From Phoronis australis (Eukaryota; Animalia; Phoronida): DNA of 64,000 nucleotides. The stretch covers positions 1,416,797 to 1,480,796 of the forward strand of contig NMRA01000033.1 of assembly GCA_002633005.1 (NCBI GenBank), given 5' to 3'. Each line of letters starts with the position of its first letter. Within the stretch, counting starts at the first letter, position 1. The position numbers and the translations under genes are program-made. Shown piece after piece: positions 1 to 12,569 of the stretch. The notes under the pieces are model-generated. The model saw nothing but the letters and a program-made list of their open reading frames with translations. It was not told the DNA's origin and ran no database searches.

Positions 1-405
1 CTCTGTAATTCTGCCAAAGAATTTGTTTTAATTTGATAACACTACTAACAAAGATTGTCAATGAGTTGTCTTTGATTTGTTGCTGTTGAAATTGCTTTTA
101 AGTATTGCCTATGATCAGCACATTTTGTTGATTTTTTTTTCTAAATAACGCACCATTATTTTCTTCTCGCACAAGTATGAATTTAACAAAACATGTACAT
201 TTATAATTAAAAAGTTTATAAGTCATAAGCACAAATGGCAAAAATCAAAATGTGTTCAGTTTACAGTTTCAAATTTCTGTCCGTCTGTCATTTTCTAAGT
301 GCAGTTTGTGACCAGTTACGGCAATTCTAAGAATGAAATGATCGAAATGACATCAAGAAAATGGTAAACTAAAGAACATGTATTAGATGAAATGCATGTA
401 TTTAC

Positions 406-3400
406 CAGTTTCATCTTCATCTCTGTCGTCTGCCATAGCACTGTACTTCCCTTTGTCTTTTGACTTGCGTCTCTTAAAGGAAGACCTTAATGACGACAGG
501 CCGAATTTCTTGCTCTTATCTTTGTCCTTTTCTTTGTCTTTTTCCAAATCTTGACTCTTTCGGTTTCGATCAAGACGCTTATCTTTCTCCACGTGGAGCA
601 AAATGGGTATGTCACGTTCGTTAACCTCACTTTCATCACTGTCATGTGACTGCTGTGTATCTATGGGGCTCTCTCTACTGTTAGGACTAGAATCTGCATC
701 ATCATTTTTCAAAGTAATCAACCGCCGGTCCCCTAACTTAGTACCGATCTCATCGGAACTGGCAGAGTTTCTAATAACCCGCCGCGAACCTCTCCTACGA
801 TGTGTGTCTATGTCGCCACCCTGGAGTGATCGATTGCCTGTGCTGGAACTATTCAAACTAGAGTTTGACGGAAGTGAGACTACAAGAGCTTCATTGCTGC
901 GGTGGAATGCACTGTGGCTTCCATGGGTGTCATGTATTTGATACCCTGGCAAGGGCTCCGCTTCCGAAGATAGTCGTCGTCTCAATACTAAATCCTGCTC
1001 ACCAGTCACGGGTGTAGTGTACAGCGACTGTGATCTACCAATGTGCACATCTGCCTGAACAACCCTTTCGTTCTGGCCTTGATCACGTGTCGCCCGAAAG
1101 TTAGCAAACTCGGCAAACTGATCTGACGATGTTGAATTGTTCAAGGCTTTATTTGAGCGCGATCCCTGAGATGAAGTTCGCTTCCTCACCCCTACGCCTG
1201 CCATATGATCCGATACTTTGCTTGACTCCTCAACACTAGATGGCTTCCTCCAATCTGATGGAATGTCGGACCAGAAATCGACCTGACCAGGGTTGTCGGT
1301 TTCCAGCATTTGCTGGAATACCACCTTCATCATAGTCGTAGCCTCATTATCAGTATTAACTAAGTGTATTTCATTCAGAGGATCTTCCGGCCTCTTTTCT
1401 CTCAGGAACTCCAATATGGCACAGTAGGTAGCTTTGGCACAAACATCTAAAGGAACTCCATTTATACCTGTGTGGAATGAAGGAGATATTTTTCACTTCA
1501 ATAGGGACTCAGACATCACTTGAGAGAAGGTGAATGAACTGAAACAGTGGTTAGGATCTGCAACTTTGAACGCCAATCTAACATAAAATATAGTTGTCGG
1601 CAAATGAAGTACTCTGCTCGAGTTATTTAAATGAAAAAGATAAAACTTGTTCGACGGAGGTTAATTTTTCATTCAACCCTGTAAAATAGGTCACACCCTT
1701 ACAATAACTATCGTTTACATTCTTGAGAGCACAATGATCGGAATTCAAAAATATCAGATAAATCAATAAATTAAATATGGCACAAGTTAATGTTCACATT
1801 TATACACTCAGACAACAGAAAATCTAACAGCCATGAACTTTGAGAGGAATCTGCAACACTTACCACTGAGCTACTGAATTATCAATAACATCAAACATGA
1901 GTCAAAAGTCACACTCTTCAGCGATCTGAGTCAACTGAAACTCTTGTCCACTAAGTCCATCGACCTTTTTTAAATTACAGATAGCAAAAACCGAAGCACA
2001 CATATGTCCAATAAACAATGTGTCACCCAGTCATTTGTCTGCTGGGTAACCTAGCAGTTTTTGTTACCAGTGTTTACTTGTATTCATGATAAACTGAATG
2101 GATAGCTTACTAGACATACTACTAGTCATGAAGTGATCTCAACAGATTGTATTTCTCCATCTACTGGCACTGCGGCTCAGGATAATCGGTGTCCTATAAC
2201 CACCAGCGTACATGTTTCGCTATCCATAAACAGGTCAATGAGACGGCTATGGAAAATTGATCGGCACTGACCTGTACTGATGGTCGGCAAGGAGACAGAC
2301 TGAGCTTGCAGCGTCTCGTTGGCACACTTGAGGCACTTGACAAACGTCCGCTGTAACATGGCTTGACAGTCGTCCTTGTTTGAATAGAGGAACCACATAG
2401 GACCAACAGCGTTGATGATAAAGTTACACCTGGAACAGAACGGTACAACTGTGTGTGATCAAGGAATGACATTAACAAAGAGGCATGGAACGCGGAAACT
2501 CGTGAAAAATACCGTTAAACAGATCGTGGCGAATCTGCTTCTTGGGGATGGTAGCATGAGAGTTATTCACTTTGAATACTGCAAGAAATTCTAGAAAAAA
2601 TGTCACATTTGCTATTTTTGAAACACATATGAAATTAAAACTTTCATCCCATAGTTTCAAATTCTTTGCCCCTAATAATATGTATGTGCGCATGCACTCA
2701 AAGAAGTCGGACTAGCTGCTGCTTGAAATCGTCATTGTTTCGTTCACATCAAAGGTCAAAGGTCACATCTTCCATGTAAAAGAAACGTGCTTCGTGTATG
2801 TCTTGCCATACCAAATAAGGAGAGGCGCTTTGCCGTGTGGAACAAAAGTCAACAAAGTGACGAACAGTTGACATATCATTTTTTTTGTAATTTGAAACTA
2901 AAGGAAAAATCCTTTGTCATCAACAGAAATTCAAAATCTTCACGGTCAAACTGTCAAAATAACTGGTGAACAGTCCAACTTCTCTTTCATTGGCAGAGAA
3001 CAATTTTACGTGACTTATCTGCGAGCAGAAATTTACCTCGATGAAATTGCTCTAGCTAATATGCCCACAACTGAATCCTTACCTGAGTTTACCCATAGCC
3101 TTCATGAACATCAACTCGCCATCTTCTAGAGAGCCATGCTTGACCACATAGCGATTACACTGCTCTTGAAACTGAGTGCCTTCAACATATAATGTAGCCA
3201 TTAAACACAACTACACCAAACAACAACAAAGACGGGGCTGTGCTCCGTAGATGCCAGAATCTCGTGAAAGTGCAAGATCACGTAAGTCTTTTTGAGATAT
3301 TGCCAAACATGTCCTAATTTGGATAACTTTTGAACATCATATCTCAGAGATGATTGCTTGGATTTAAATAACACTTGATGACACTTGCACTTCATGTAAT

Positions 3401-6400
3401 ACTCTGTCAACAAAAAACACGTTATTGATTGTTTTGATAGATTTTATTTAGCAAGAGGGCCTAACAAAAATTGCTACTTCCACAATTTTTCTGAAAAAAT
3501 CTAAAGTTGCACAGAACGAAAACAAAAAAATTATAGAATTTTTGAAATTTCATCTTGAACATTTGTATCAAATGAAATTTGATAATTTTTAGATATTAAA
3601 GACTGCTTTGCATTGAATGTAACTTTTTGCTAATTTTTATTAAAATATACAGTCACATGACCCTCTTAATGGCAGAATGGTATACAGTCAAAAGTTCTGC
3701 TGGCATCTTAGAACTTTTACATGGTTAAAATATATGGGTTTGTAGATATTTGACTAAATGCACTTGTCATTAAAGTCTCTCATAACCTTAAACAAATGCC
3801 TGTCTCCCAAAACATGACAGGATTCAGTATCAGCCCGAAGCACTACAGAAATATTGATCTACTGTATACACCCAGGGCTCATAAATTAGGAAACTCGATG
3901 ATCACTGGGCGGGTATTCAGAAGAGCAAGGGAGATTACAAGCAAAGTTCATGAGAACTCATTTTACACAGCTGAATTGTTCATGGGAATGCCTTCATCAT
4001 TTCAGGATAGAAATTCTGATAACATCAGAATGCGAATGCACCAAAAGAACCATTTCACCTCTCCTCCAGTAAAGAGTGGATATAGTAGGGAGCTGATAAA
4101 ACTGACTGCTCTTTGATCAAAGGAAAGCGACCACAGTAAAATCTTACATTTTCGGACAAAATTAATTGCCAAAATTAGTCTTTCTTCACTTTCAAAAGCT
4201 TCTTGAACTGTTGCGAATGGCCACAAATTCTAAAAACAATGTCTCATGGCACTTATCGTATAAAACTTAAATATCACAAAGCCTTATTTTAGTGCTATTT
4301 ATCTTTTGTGATAAATACGAAAAATAAAATTTCACTTGTGAGCCATAATGATATTGCATCCTAAATTTGTGAGATAGCGCCGTAGTGTACATTTTGAGGG
4401 TGTTCAAAAATGAAAATTTGGAAATTTCAATGGCGGGTGTTAAGCCGAACATAGCCATTAACCCAGACAAGTACGGTACTTAGAGAAGGTATGTGCATTT
4501 CAGTTGCCTGAAGCACCACAGAAATTTTATATCCAACATTGAATAAGGAAGGCATACACATTTGGGTTCTATTTCTTATATCATGGGCAAATCAGGTATG
4601 TTTCACAATCATCAAAATACAGGGAAACGACAATGAGCAAACAAGAATTCTACCCAACATTAAAAATTGAATGTTACCTACCACCCATCATGCATATTGC
4701 AGAAGCGACTCGTCCAATATTAGCCAAATCGTTCTGAGCTGAATTGACAATTACGTCAGTTTCCTCGCGGGCAATATCCGACTGGTAGATAACCACAATC
4801 ACATCACCCATTTTACACTTGTATTCGCCAAACTCATCCGTTGACATGACATCGTCAATTTCTTTGCTTTTTTCTGAAACACGATTTGATCAGAGTGTGT
4901 TGATATCTACTCATCCAATAGAAAAGCAACCGCACTTGAAATGATACCCACTCAGCTGATCCATCCGCAAACTGAAATTGGGTTATTTTTCCCTTATTGA
5001 GAGACTGAACCAAATGTATTCTGGACACGCTTTCATCACGTTTGCACAAGCAAGAAGATCTGGAACAATGTGAACCGTCAGTGGAGCAACCTGGAGTCAC
5101 ACTGTCAATTTGTTCCAGAACAATTGTTTACGCTTGCAGTTGTGCCAGAATTACCTGACAAAGTCAGCTGTTCAGTTGATCCCAGACACTTGTTAATAAA
5201 ATTACTAACATTTCTCACTACAGCTATAGAGAGACAAAGGCAAGATGCTGTGTACCTATCTGGCACTGGGCCAAGTCTTTGGAGTTCAAAATCGAAATCA
5301 TTTTTGAGACTTTCAGTTCTACTTTAGAACGAACTCAAGATAAAGGTCTGTTTTTGTGAGCTCAAGTATGTTGTAGTTTATGTGCAAGATGTTCTAATCC
5401 TCAGTTGCACTTGATGACCCCAGTATTAATGGTACAAGTTTGAGGCTGAGCTCAAACTTTTAAGTTTTTACTAAAAAGCTTAAGTTTTTACTCAAGTTCA
5501 TAGCTCGAATCTTGCATCATCAAGAAGCCAACTAGGACACTCATGTACATAAACCAGAATGTAAACCACACTATACTAGAGCACTGGTCTACAGAATGGA
5601 AATGCCATAAACAATTTAGAGTTCCAATTGGAGTACAAAGATGAGACCTTGAGCCAAAGTGTAAGAAAAAAAACATTTGACTAAGAGCATGTAACCTTAT
5701 AAAATGGGTTTCAAGCTGTTCCTTTTTCAGATTGGACTTAGGAAGAAACAACATTTACAAGAACTGTAGAGCTCCAGACAAGGCTCATCAAAATTACATT
5801 TCAAACCAAGACAAGTCATACAGGTGAACAGGTATATGACATTGAAAACAAATAAGCACGAAGATGAAACTGGTACAATGGAATTACTCAATTCAGAGCC
5901 GACGTCAAATCTTTCCATTGTCATGAAAATCTTTCTGGTGGCGTATTGTATAGATTTTTTAATATTGTCAATTCTGCAATAATAATAAAATTTTCTAATT
6001 GTTTTAGCTCTGCAATAGTTTTTGTTTAAAAATAATATCCTAGTCAAGCACAAAATTAAGTTGTACACCTATAGACTTCTTTTAATTAGAAAAATCCAAA
6101 AATCCAAAAACTGCTTGTTAAGTGGATAGAGTTGCACTACCAATAAAAACCTGATTTCTCTAAAATAATAAGCTTATCCACAATGCCTTTCCAATCCTAC
6201 AATCACAAATGTATGGATGCCAGTCTCTGGAATGACACTAAAGGTACAAGGGTCACAGTCAACTATAACAATTATTTTCAAAAAACACTGACTTGGGTTA
6301 GATTTGTGGAGCAATGTGAACTGAAACCATTTCCTTTCAGTAGCTGGACAATGACCAAATATGGTGATTCATTTCTTATACTTCATACTCTCGTCATCAT

Positions 6401-9400
6401 TTGCATTAGAACGCAAGTTCTACTTTATTTTCAAAGAAAGTAGAATTCTGTGTTATCAACAAATAATAAAAATCTTTACTTTTTTGTAACTTTTGAGACG
6501 GCATGATAAATATGAGATGTCAGTGGTAGTCCAAGAACAATTTGTTAAGAAAACTTATAAATACTTTTTTTAATTACTGAGTAGGCAGTGAAATATTCTG
6601 TAAACTATGATTGAAATCTGCTGTTACAATCTACAAGAATGAATCAAATCTGCTAAGATATGGAAACCCTTTTCACCTATTTTCTATAAAAAACAGACCA
6701 TGATGTTATTAATTCAAATAGCATCATTAAACCATTAGAAAACGGACAATTGCCGCACAAATAAAGAAGCAACTGCAACTATGGTGATGACCCGCTTACT
6801 TTCCCTGTATCTCTATCTCTCATTTCACCACATGGATGTGACTTGAAAGAATATCGACACTTGTTGTCCTACTCTACATATCCTGATGATGTCTTTTATT
6901 GAATAAGACAAAACGGTGAGTTAACATGAACTTCTTTATTTGTATGGCAATTGTCCATTTCTAATCGTACTTTGGCCAAAAAATGATGTGATTATCATTA
7001 AACCATGTCTTGTCTTAAGAATACAGCAGCCTCCCAGGCCCTGAAATCGTTTACAATCTGAGTAAGGCGCAGGTAGGCACCATTTTTATAATGTTAAGAG
7101 GCCTATTCAAAGTTGATCTCTTGACACTACATAGGTTTACAAGTTGGTTACAAGTCACGACTTCTATGCTTTAACACAGACAGCAAAACTGCCAGCTGCC
7201 CTACAGCCACTAATTACTGTATGACAACCAAGAAGTCAACACCAACACAGCTTTTTCCACATACACCACTGCTAATGGGACACTAATATCCACCAGGTGG
7301 TGCTAATAACTAAAAGCTCCTCCTTTCAAACACGTTGATGGTCTCACATGACTAGAATGCACGCATTACTCCAGTTAGGGTCGTTGCCACACCAGCACCA
7401 TCTAGTAAATTTAAAATTGTCCATTTGCCTACCAGGACAACCAATTTGTGGAGTCGAATACAAGTGGATACATTCATTTTGAACGGCTTAAACAGTTTGC
7501 AAAAAAGTCAAACATGTGAACGTGGCATTAGAGATTGATAACAACTGTGAACCACTTACCTCTGACAAGTTTCGCCTTGTGAGCCCACTCTCCCTTCAAA
7601 GCAGCGTTAGACGCCTCCGTAATTCTCATTAGAAGATCACACTTGACCCCTCGTATCTTCTTCTCCTCTCCAATCACAGTGATCTCCTTGAACGTTTCTT
7701 CGTTCAATGTCACGGACACTTCGTCATACTTCTTTCGCATGTCCTCAATGATCGTTAACAACGATTCCAGATCGCTGATGTGCTCTGGTTTCAGCGTTAC
7801 CTTTTCCTTCCAGATCTTAGAGAAGATATCTTGGTACAAAGCGACAAACGCATCTTTGCCATGCTGAACTTGTTCGGCTTGACAATGAGGTTGTGGAACT
7901 ATGTGCAATGAACAAAATTCGCCACATTTATCTGAAGTGAAACGGACATTGTTTTGCTTTTGAATCGTCTGTATCAGTGCGCCTTTGAATTCTTGGATGT
8001 AACTTAAAATGTCACTTTCTAGCTCCAGTGTGTCACCGGCAGGCAACTGTTCATCTGATGCAGTTGACATTGCACTGATTTGGTCCTCAACAGAAGGTGA
8101 AAACTGGCCAACAGATGGCACTTTATGTTGGTTCAAAACTGTCACATGTCCAGCACCAGTCACATGGAATGTATTTGGTGAATGTGTGGAGGCGGAGTTA
8201 GCAACATTGATTGGCGTTGAATGAACAGGAGACAAAGGTGGAGCGTAGTCATTCAGACCATATTCAGAGAGAGTGGGATTGACAAAGAATTCTGTTTCTC
8301 TTAAACTTTGGCGAACAGGAATTCTGGAATCTGATTCATCAGACGATGTAGAGTCATGGAAGCTTTCCCTTAATGCACTGTCCCTATGACTTCCTGCGGG
8401 TAGCATGGTAAACTGAGAACTACTACCTCTCTTTGGCCTGACAGCAAAATCATCAAATCCGAAGGGATCATCACCAAAGCTTGTGCTCAACTGTTGCTGT
8501 ACTCCCAGTTGTGTCATATTCGGGGGTACTGACGTCGGTGACGTTGTTTTGGTAAAAGGACTCGTTGGTGTGGATGATCTATTTGGTGATACCTTACGTA
8601 AACTGAAATCAAATTCATCTTTCGTGCTTTTACCCTTGCTTGGACTTTGGTGGTTTCTCTCGCCAGGAGAGGTTGAGAAAAGGTTTCGATTCGCTTGGTC
8701 AAAGTCATCAACAAAATGCCTGTTCATGAAAAAGTTAGACTCGGCGCTGATCACAAAATGTTTCGGAGACTCATCTGATACTTTCTGTGTGGTCAACTCA
8801 ATGCGAGGGGCGGGTGGTCTGGTCACACTCGACCTATCAGAGGACACTGATCCACTGTGACGTCCACTGGAGTCATCACTTGGCATTTGTTCTGTAACTT
8901 CAACATCAGTTTTCTTCACTTCCCCATTTGGATGATTTGGCAAGCTCTGGGCATCACATTCCCCACTTGATAAAGAAGACTGCGACTTAGATGGAGTTGC
9001 AGTGACTGGTTTATCCACGTAGTCCTCTGTTACCTTGAAGGAAGTCACAGAACCATTCCTACCATTCATTTTGGTTTGAGATTCCTCAGCAAACACACTG
9101 TCCAGATCAGTTTCAATGACTGCAGGCCGCGAGCCATTCACAAGTTGTTCATCAGAAATGCTTCCATTAGTCCGAGACTGATTCACATCCACTTCCGGAG
9201 CAGATGGTGGTGAGCCTACTTCGCTCATCAGCTGAGCCCAGCCCTGTTGCTGCAGCTGGTGATGGACATCCCAGACCCTCGTTTGTGCCGCCTGCAGTTG
9301 CTGCCAGGAGCCAACTAAGTAAGAGCTGGAGCCGGAATATTGAACTTTGACCCCAAAGTCTTCATTGAGCTCGATGAAGAAATCCGTTTTGTTTGGAATC

Positions 9401-10632
9401 TGGGACATAATCTGCGGATTGATTTCGGCCGTGATTGTTCCATAAACTTGCAGGGGGAGAGGCATCACCTGAAGCTGGCTGCTGCCAATGACATGGGTGT
9501 GTGAAAACACATTGTTGAGCACTGAAAATAAGGAGATAATTCATGCCTCGAAAATTATAGGAGTGAAACCCATCAGAGATTTAGCCCACAGCACAAAAAC
9601 TTTTTGACTTAAACTACGTCATCCAAAAAAATGACTGATACTTTGTAACAGGGACTAGCTGCTTTGACAACAACAGTGAGTAGAAGCCGTTGATTAATAA
9701 TGTAGAAAAATTGCGGTAGAATTAAAGCAACGTTACTGGTGAGAAAAGTGATTTTCTGTTATCAGCCTCAGCATGTATTCGAAACTTCAACCCCCAACTT
9801 TGGAGTCTAAATGTCTGCTGGTGGAGCTAAACCCCACACGCTAAATGACAGTATTCTAATCACATTTAACTGGTAAAGTCACAAGTTTTGACTGCAGCCA
9901 ATGTCTGGCAAACAACGGCGACAACTGGTGATTTGAAATAAAATCACAAAAACAACTAATTTTGCTGTTTATAGTATGGGGGCAGCTGGAAACAGCAATG
10001 AGAACGAGAAAATGTTTATCAAATTTCTCATTCCATAAGTTACAGCAATACTATCAAATACAGCTTTTTCTTTAAAAATAAAAATTTATACCTCATTAAT
10101 AACTACTTACACGACCTAACTGATCTATTAACTCAGTGATTTAAAGAGGTCATTGAATAAAAGTGTTTGGTTCATATACGAACATCTTATATGCCAATAT
10201 CAAATATAAGATTCCTAATTTTTAAAATGCTTACACTTCTAAGTAAAATCTTGTCAAGTCTTTTTGCATAATTGAAAATTCACTGCATGAATGCAAAAAT
10301 GCAAAATTACTTGCTGGAACAGCATTTGCTTGCAAAAAAGACTTGCAAAAATGGGCCACAAATGAAACCAGGCCCCTCTGCAAGTATAAGTAACTGCAAG
10401 TTCAGACATAAAAACAAATGTCAACATTCTTAAAATATTTGCATGCGAGATTTAACAGCGCTCAACAACAATCACCTGATAGGCGTTTAAAGCTGATGAG
10501 TGCCTTGGAAGGTTGAAATGGATATATGATATATTCCACTTCCCCGCCACCATTCTTCGGGTCGGCAAAGTAAGCTTCCAAGACATCTTTGGATACCTCT
10601 TTAGGAATGTCAAGTACCACGATGGACGGCAT
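406..10632 (-). CDS. PARP14/PARP9/DTX3L-like macrodomain-containing protein (RRM/NID-like + KH-like + macro); probably 3'-incomplete in window
   Basis: Coding exons (minus): 10476-10632 (ATG; MPSIVVLDIPKEVSKDVLEAYFADPKNGGGEVE, resembling the PARP14/PARP10-type RRM motif YF..p.nGGGeV), 7560-9521, 4682-4873, 3083-3179, 2272-2429, 406-1467. All junctions are GT-AG with consistent phases. The spliced macrodomain reads YQSDIAREETDVIVNSAQ..VASAI..CNFIINAVGPMW..SVSLPTISTGINGVPLDVCAKA..LNEIHLVN. A donor (G|GTAAAT) at 405/406 suggests further exons left of the window; without splicing, the frame stops at 383. Confidence 0.8.
5155..5223 (-). CDS. Possible frame-preserving 69-nt cassette exon of the macrodomain gene
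   Basis: Acceptor TCTCTCTATAG| and donor CAG|GTAATT. It is phase 1/1 like the neighbouring junctions and reads AVVRNVSNFINKCLGSTEQLTLS without a stop. There is no homology support. Confidence 0.3.
6734..6965. mobile_element. MITE with ~35-bp imperfect terminal inverted repeats
   Basis: ATTAGAAAACGGACAATTGCCGCACAAATAAAGAAG ... CTTCTTTATTTGTATGGCAATTGTCCATTTCTAAT. Confidence 0.7.
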
Positions 10633-11747
10633 TTTCTGTGATCTATTTTCTCAAAAGCTGGAGAGTAATCTGAAAAAACAATTGATAGATAAATATAACT
10701 TGGCAGCACTAACAAAGTCACGTAAGAGGAGTGAAGGCATGTTTCCACAAGCAGTTGATGTTTAATATCTCATTTCCCAAATCTATAATTACTAATCAGT
10801 ACCAATGCAACCTCAGATTTTAAATCCCTTTTTACTTCAGGTATCTCATTTCAATTTCAACTCTTGCCAATGGGTTTGGTGACCTCGCATTTGGTGAGTT
10901 GACGTTACACTAAGCATCAAGCCCTGCTGATTAAGTTAATTTGGAATGTAACCACCAAGACTCCTTTTAATAATAATACTTGGTCACTGACTCAAAAGTC
11001 TTGTCCGCACACAGACTTACCCTTGCAACAACTTGCACTACTGCAACTTACATCACTTTACTGGTAAGTGGACACACATATTGTCATGACGTTAACATTG
11101 TTTTCACGTTCACGTTTCACGTTCACTTTGCGATATGAGTTACCATTATGTTTTCCCTGATTATCTTTCTTAGGTTTCTAATATTCTTCCAATCAGTTTG
11201 TTCTAAGTTTCATTTCTCCATGATATTTATAGCGTTCTGTAGTTTTTACTTGCGTTCAGTGTTCTCTCAATATTTCAATAAATCAGACGTGTTTTACGAA
11301 CCGCCTCCTTCACACATATATCCGATAGCAAGCGCAAGGAGGAAGTTGTCGTTCTGCGCATGGCACTGAACAAAAGATGACCCGTCTGAATATAACAGCA
11401 ACTGATACTTTACTTTCCCCTTGCCCCAGGTTTGCGGTCACACAGGAATTAGAAGTGGTGCAAGTTACCCTAGAACAAGTTACCTTACCTTGATAACGTG
11501 GAGTAAGTTGTCACATTGGGGATCGAGTTGCACTAGTTTAAATAGCATTCACTTTCCAAACAGTCCTCAAACCTAGCGATAACTCGTTCCTGGAGTAACT
11601 TGTTCTAGAGTAAGTCTGTGCGTGGCAGCGATAAAGGTTAAACAATCTTCTGCCATCATGGAATACACCATCTTTTCTGATTATAGCCATTCTGTTAAAC
11701 ACATTTCTTTCCTCACAACAAATATGCATACTTACTTCAGTACAAGA

Positions 11748-12569
11748 CAGGGATTGACGCTATGAAAATCGCCAGGTTGCATTTTGCGACTTAGCCATAA
11801 TCCCAGGTCGTATTTTCAAAATCCAGCTCGCATTCATAAATGCTAGGTTGCAAAATTTTCCGCCATTTTTATGCGCCAAAATTTACTGTTTAGATCATCG
11901 AGAAAATGTTTATATTATGCTTTTACCTGCAGAAAATTGAGTTCTTACATTCAGATATGGCGTTACTGTTCTTCACGAACGCCATTGAAAGGCTCTAGAG
12001 TGCAAGGCTAGTTACCAACGTGAAAGTTGAATCCGTGCTCTCTAACCGAAACGTGCATTCCAATAGCTAAGCTTGCAATGTAAAAATTGCGAAAATACTC
12101 GTTGAAAAAGTCTCCGCGGTTTTGTTAGGTCTGACCTGCTATATGACTGTCATCAAAATCGTTAAAGATTCCAGTAAACTATGAGTGCAAACCCCTCTAT
12201 TTTTTGTTCACAGCCCAAACTTTGGAACTCAAACGACGTCTGGAAAACATCCTATAGCAGAAAATGTTAGCCAGTGAAACATGTCAGCATTTTCCCTTCT
12301 TCACGTGACATGCTAAGAAGTCATCAAGAGGGCTGTTCTCGGTTAGTGTTCTTTTGAACTTGATTTAGCAACAACCAAATAATGGTCGGATTCACACAAG
12401 CTGCTTTATATTTGCCAGGTATCTGCCGAGAACTGTAAAAACTCAGCTCCCGTACGTTGGAAATTCCAGGTCGCATTTTTCGACTTAATACGAACTGGCA
12501 AAAATCTCAGCTCACATTTCCAAATTTCAAGTCGTAAATGCGACCTGCAGCTCGTTATGTTGAGCCCTG
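11748..12569. mobile_element. Non-autonomous DNA transposon (CAGGG...CCCTG ends)
   Basis: Ends CAGGGATTGA... and ...GTTGAGCCCTG, with subterminal repeated CAGGTCGCATTT/GCGAC motifs at both ends and CAAGA on both flanks. Confidence 0.55.

Noticed and set aside
2472-2590. Possible exon with acceptor at 2590 in the macrodomain gene
   Set aside because: All three frames hit stops before the macro motif; exons 3083-3179 and 2272-2429 give a complete domain.
7643-8860. Plus-strand ORFs (also 603-941 and 44239-44536)
   Set aside because: They are antisense shadows of real minus-strand exons and show no independent motifs.
10452-10748. 98-aa ORF in the track as the gene's first exon
   Set aside because: It is the wrong frame; the RRM-like peptide is in another frame starting at the ATG at 10632.
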